Source of the DNA: Azolla caroliniana
Lineage: Eukaryota; Plantae; Polypodiophyta
Assembly (NCBI GenBank): GCA_043228905.1
Contig: JBHGNT010000005.1
Span: 10,230,001 to 10,294,000 of the forward strand
DNA: 64,000 nucleotides
Direction: 5' to 3'
The notes beneath the pieces were generated by a model, which made no database searches, was not told where the DNA came from, and saw only the letters and a list, made by a program, of their open reading frames with translations. This document shows, one piece after another, positions 58,406-64,000 of this stretch. Position 1 is the first letter of the stretch. Each line of letters opens with the position of its first letter. The position numbers and the translations under genes were made by a program.

Positions 58406-61400
58406 TGTCGTAGTGTATTTTGTGCACTACGTGAAAAACGTATATAGTATTAGATTCAATAAAAAATGAAGAAATAGAAGAAAATAGCAAAATAAATGGA
58501 ACATGCATAGGGCAAGATTCAAACCTTGCACCTCCATGTTAATAATGTAATGTCTTACCATTACACTAGCATTTCATTAGTGTTAAAGCATAGATGTCCC
58601 ACATAGAAAGGTAAATTCACGCTAGGATAAACATTAGAAAAACACATAACAAAAGAAAAAGCTACACATACACATCTAGCGTGCATGATAAACAACGCAC
58701 AAGTTAGAAAAAGCATGATCACTTTAGATAAAGCATATAGTCTATCTATAGGAAAAGCATGGGGTCTATAGTTAGAGAAAAAAAGCATGGATTACTAAGA
58801 CTTCCTCATCACTACATAAGGATGGGGAGCACAATGTAATTGTGTGTGAAAAATATTTGGAAACTAGATATGTTTCTAAAAAACACCAATTAATAAACTA
58901 TACTCGTGGGATTCACGAGAATTCTATATCATTCTCTTTCAACCGAAGTTTATATTCTTATATTCATATTGATTAATCTAATACAATACACTCGTGGGAT
59001 TCACGAGTTTGCTATAACTCTTTCTTACAACATATTTATATTCTTATTAGCCTTAAAACTCTCCTCTTCCTAGTCCAAAACCCAGCGGTTCCCACCCGAC
59101 TCACGCAACGATCTGGCGCCGAAAGGCACGACACAGTTGGTGAACCCGACGTGAAGACGGGTGGCAAGGAGATGGAGAATCAACAAGAGGCGATGAACAT
59201 GATGATGATAATGTTTGAGCGGATGCAACAAGAACAACGTGCGATGTCGGAGATGAAGGCGGCAGTAGAGCGGCTTCTGTGACGAAACGGGGAATTCAAT
59301 GGTAAGGGTGTGTCACGCTATCTACGTGACTACAAAGGGGAGATGATGCGATGTGGGATACCGGAATGATTGCAAGTGATATCCTTTAGTCGGGTGGCCT
59401 CGGATGAACTACAAGAGAGAATCCACAAGATACAACAACAAAACTCGACATGGGAGTCCTTTGAAGAATCTTTACGGGAGGCATATGACTATGAGAGATG
59501 GACAGGACGAGATCGACGAGAATTCGACGAATGGGTGGCGTCGGAGAAGACTCACCGAAGTGCAACGCAAGCGTTCCTAGAGTTCGAGCATCGTCTTGCT
59601 CGACTCTCGGAGCGGGAACAACGATTGGTGGGGGAGGATAAAGTCCTAATGTTCGTAAAATCGATCGATCGAAAAGAAAGGATGGACATCGGGATCGAAC
59701 TCGAAGACGATGACGGTGCGAACGGTCTTACCGAGGATTGGGCCAAAGTCGAAAGGGTATGCCGAAGACATGATGAAAGGAAGCTGAGAATCTCGTCAAC
59801 AACGACATGGCCCATGAAGGATGGTCGATTGAGGAAAAACGATGAAGCCAATATGAAGGCCGAAATACAACATGATGGTACCACGGGAGAAAGAGTGGAA
59901 CAAGACACCCACTCGTCTTGTGAAAGAACGATGGCGAAGAATAAGGCCGATAATTCAAGTGTAGAAGGAAATTTCGGGATACAAGTGCCCGAGACATCGG
60001 GTCAAAAAGGGATAAGCATAATAGATGTTTGCATAATTGATGCAGATAAAGAGTGTGAAGCGGATGTGATTGAGGAGGTAGCCACAAAAGACGAAATCGA
60101 ATCGGAGGTGGCTATGGACGAATCAATGGCGGATTGCCATATCGAGACTTCCCCACCACTGATTCCAGAGACTCCGGCGGTTGCGATCGAAAGGCAACGT
60201 GAGACCGAAGAGACAGAAGGTGGCGGAGAGAAAACGAATGTCGAACCCGACGAATACGATGAAGAGATAGCCGAGAAGAATGCTAAGGGTGAAACTACGA
60301 AAGAAGGTAATACCGAGGATTCATGCCAACAATATCTAGAGACTTCGGCGGTTGTGTCCGAGAACCAACGTGAGACCGGAGAGACGGGAGATGGCGGCGA
60401 GGAAGGTAAAGTCGGAAGTCGGTTCGGATGGAAAATGATCCATCCGAAATTCCAATCTAAAAGAAAGTGCGACAATGCGGAGGTCGGGTCTACGACGGGA
60501 GAAGCGCGTAATACAGAGCACGCTCTACGGCGAATAAAGAAACGCGTGTTATGGCGAATAAAGAAGCACGCGCTACGGCGAGAAAAGAAGCATGCATTAC
60601 AACCACACGAGGACCGAACAACGAGCACATATCGGAGGACCTACGTGGCGAACAACGGAAAGAAGTGCCGAAAGTCGAACCGGACAAGGCAGGTGAAAAC
60701 GAAGAAAAGAAAGCAAATCCGGATGAAATGAAAAGAAAAGAAACCGACCCGAAAGAGCACTGAATCGGTAAAAACCGATCAACCGAGTCCGGATCGACCG
60801 AATACAAATCGGAAAGGAAGCCGAACTAAACGAAAGACGATCCGACAAGACCGAATCGGAAGTAAGCTAATCCGACTAAACCGAAAATCTGAAAAGAAGT
60901 CGAGATTGATGAAGAAAAGAAAGAGGGCAAGAAAAGATACTACCGCGGATGACAAGGACCAAGCGGGCCATGCAAAAAGCGAACGAAGACTATGGTGGAT
61001 CGGATGTCGACAATGGTTCGGGTGGAAAGAATGGATGTGCTCCAAATGGAGAGACAAAGTCAACATAACAAGAGAAGTCGAGGGTACTACGAGCCGGCAA
61101 CGAAACCAATCGGGTAGAGACCGGACGGAGGAGACTAACAAACACCAACAACTTCGGCACATACCGGAGGATGTGCGGGTTTGGAGGGGGTTAGTGTCGT
61201 AGTGTATTTTGTACACTACGTGAAAAACGTATATAGTATTAGATTCAATAAAAAATGAAGAAATAGAAGAAAATAGCAAAATAAATGGAACATGCATAGG
61301 GCAACATTCGAACCTTGCACCTCCATGTTAATAATGTAATGTCTTACCATTACACTAGCATTTCATTAGTGTTAAAGCATAGATGTCCCACATAGAAAGG

Positions 61401-61923
61401 TAAATTCACGCTAGGATAAACATTAGAAAAACGCATAACAAAAGAAAAAGTTACACATACACATCTAGCGTGCATGATAAAAAACCCACAAGTTAGAAAA
61501 AGCATGATCACTTTAGATAAAGCATATAGTCTATCTATAGGAAAAGCATGGGGTCTATAGTTAGAGAAAAAAAGCATGGATTACTAAGACTTCCTCATCA
61601 CTACATAAGGATGGGGAGCACAATGTAATTGTGTGTGAAAAATATTTGGAAACTAGATATGTTTCTAAAAAACACCAATTAATAAACTATACTCGTGGGA
61701 TTCACGAGAATTCTATATCATTCTCTTTCAACCGAAGTTTATATTCTTATATTCATATTGATTAATCTAATACAATACACTCGTGGGATTCACGAGTTTG
61801 CTATAACTCTTTCTTACAACATATTTATATTCTTATTAGCCTTAAAACTCTCCTCTTCCTAGTCCAAAACCCCAGCGGTTCCCACCCGACTCACGCAACG
61901 ATCTGGCGCCGAAAGGCACGACA
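58406..61923 (+). mobile_element. Complete gag-only tRNA-Trp-primed LTR element C (LTRs 58406-59133 and 61195-61923)
   Basis: LTRs differ by ~7 substitutions and 1 indel by eye. PBS 59138-59155, PPT ~61182-61194, perfect 4-bp TSD ACGT (58402-58405 and 61924-61927). Confidence 0.95.
59172..60731 (+). pseudogene. gag: Gag-like ORF of element C with two early TGA stops and an acidic-then-basic tail
   Basis: ATG 59172 is in frame with ORF 59370. EFNGKGVSRYLRDY..EM aligns with B, and FDEWVAS...LEDDDGANGLTEDW aligns with A. Confidence 0.75.
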
Positions 61924-64000
61924 ACGTTGTTAAGCTTTCCACTACCTGGCCGAGGAAGTGCCCTCCTTGGTCGCTGATTAATTCAATCGGACATCCATAT
62001 CGGCACCAAATGTTCTCGTACAGGAATTTTGCTGTGGATGACGCGGTGTTGTCTCTCAAGGCCTTAGCCTCCACCCATTTAGTGCAATAATCTGTTGCCA
62101 CGATGACATAACGATTACCCGTTCTCATTGCCGGTGGCTTGAACGGTCCGACAAAATCCAACCCCCACTTCTGGAATGGCTCTAGTGGAAGTACCGGTTG
62201 GTGTGGCATCCGTGCTTGCTCCGTAGGCTGGCCCATTCGTTGGCATAGGTCACATTCCTTAGCGTACTTGACGGCGTCTTTTAACGTCGTGGGCCACCAT
62301 AAGCCGCTCTGCCATACTTTCCTTGCCGTCGCTTCCCCGGCATAGTGTCCTCCGGCAACCCCACAGTGTGCTTCCCGTAAGATTACTTGTTTCTCGTCAC
62401 TACGGACTGCCCGTCTCCATATTCCATCTGCTCCTTTGTGGTAGAGAGTGTCCCGTAACAGACAGAAATTGCGGCTCTGCACCGCCAGTCGTTTCCTCTC
62501 ATCCCGGTTCATTTCCTCCGGTGGCAGGCCCGTGCTTAGGAACTGGTGCATGTTTGTCAGCCACCTATCTTCTGATGCCACCGTGTCGTCCGCTGCCGTT
62601 TCCGGGGTGATACGGAATGACTCTGCGTCCGGGAATTCATCCGATACTCCGTCGCCTGATTCTCCGGACTCTAACCGGCTCAGGTAGTCTGCTACGGCAT
62701 GCTGAATACCGGGTCGGTGGAAGATCTTGAATTCGAACTCCTGCAACAACAAGGTCCAACGGGCCAACTTACCGGTCAGGGACGCCTTGGACACTAAGTA
62801 CAGCAGCGCCGAGTGATCCACATGAAAGGAGAACTTCCTTCCCAATAGGTAATGACGAAACTTTGTTACACTGTAGATCATGCCCAGGGCCTCCCGTTCC
62901 GTAGTCGAATAGTTCTTCTCCGCTTGGGACAGCTTCCGGCTGGCGTAATATACCGGCCGGTACCATTTAGGCTCCGTAAGTTGCATTAAGGCGCTGCCGA
63001 TAGCAATGTCGGAAGCGTCCACGAACACATGAAATTCCTTGCTCCAATCCGGAGGCTGCACGACGGGTGCTTGCGACAAAAGTACCTTCAGGGCATTGTA
63101 TGCCTTATCCTCCGTATCCGTCCATTGGAACAGTGTACGATGTACCGCGGTGTGTAATGGTGTAGCCAAGTCAGCCAAGTGACGGAGCATCCGGCTGTGC
63201 CACCAGATCTGTCCTAAGAATCGGCTTAGTGCTTTGGCCGTTTTCGGCGCCGGTGCCCCTAGTATCGCGTTTACTTTGTCCGGGTCGACCGCAATGCCCT
63301 CCTTACTTACAATGTGTCCCAGTAAGATTCCACTTGAAACCCCAAAGGTGCATTTTGTTGGGTTTAAGCTTAGCCGGTATAACCTACACTTTTCAAGGCA
63401 TAACCGTAGGTGCTGCAAATGGTCTTTTTCCCGGCTATAGACTGCAAAATCATCCAGGAAAACCTGCATGAAGGCTGGAATGTATTCGCCGAAGATCTCC
63501 ATAATGATTCGCTGGAAAGTTGCTGGTGCCGTTTTTAGGCCGAACATCATTACTACGGCCACAAACACCCCCCATTCGGTGACGAACGTTGTTTTCTCCT
63601 GGTCGTCAGGGTGCATCCGGATTTGATTGTATCCGCTGAACCCGTCTAAAAAACTATAAACTTCATGGCCGGCGACGGCATCCAGTACTCCATCCGTGAA
63701 CGGAAGAGGGAATGCATCCGTAATTGTGGCTGCATTTAGTTTCCTGTAATCTACACACACGCGGATTTTACCGTTCTTCTTTGGGACGACGACGATGGGG
63801 CTCAGCCACGTCGCTTTCTTTACCGGCCGGATGAAGCCCACTCTTAGGAGTTTGTCGATTTCCTCCTTCACCTTGGCGGCGTAGTTGGGGTTCATTCGGT
63901 AACGTCTTTGCGCCACTGGTTTCGCGTCCTTGCCTAAGTGGATCTGATGCTGATATAATTGAGGGTCCAGCCCTCGCATGTCTTCGTATGACCAGGCGAA

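Larger units (their letters stand above)
54087..64000 (-). mobile_element. Gypsy-E copy 3 (non-chromoviral, Athila-like Ty3/gypsy): pol, extra ORF, 3' LTR 54087-54565; runs off the window
   Basis: Domain order RT-RH-INT, motifs FLDGFSGYNQI and VFLDD, no chromodomain, no second RNaseH. LTR termini TGTTA...TAACA. Confidence 0.92.
57632..64000 (-). pseudogene. pol: Gypsy-E pol (RT-RNaseH-INT), split in the integrase core by element C
   Basis: Removing 58406-61927 restores ...VESLTT|FYAVVHKRSTPYYPQANG... in frame. HHCC, DDE and GPY motifs are present. Confidence 0.95.

Noticed and set aside
59114-59125. TGGCGCCGAA as a tRNA-Lys-type PBS
   Set aside because: It lies inside the LTR (also in the 3' copy). 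The real PBS follows the LTR end.

Overview
Eukaryotic land-plant DNA, most likely a non-seed plant such as a fern. This is inferred from the Tcn1-like chromovirus and the GHTH-type transposase. About 80% of the window is nested and deleted transposons around one intact, intronless host gene, a plant matrix metalloproteinase (18976-20124). Mobile families recognised: (i) two Ty1/copia families, called Copia-X (Tnt1/Tork-like) and Copia-Y here, both with tRNA-iMet primer sites; (ii) a non-chromoviral Ty3/gypsy family (Gypsy-E, three copies plus an LTR end) with a large extra ORF after pol and no polypurine tract next to its 3' LTR; (iii) two chromovirus-type elements, one with a chromodomain and one Tcn1-like with a self-priming site and a -1 frameshift signal; (iv) three gag-only LTR elements primed by tRNA-Trp that share RNA-structure motifs despite unrelated U3 regions; (v) a pogo/mariner-type non-autonomous element carrying a palindromic 48-bp minisatellite; (vi) a small MITE; (vii) the C-terminal half of a GHTH-motif (Sola-like) transposase. 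Two unrelated LTR families also carry antisense tRNA-like A/B-box cassettes. Family names and lineage calls come from motif recognition by eye, not from database searches.
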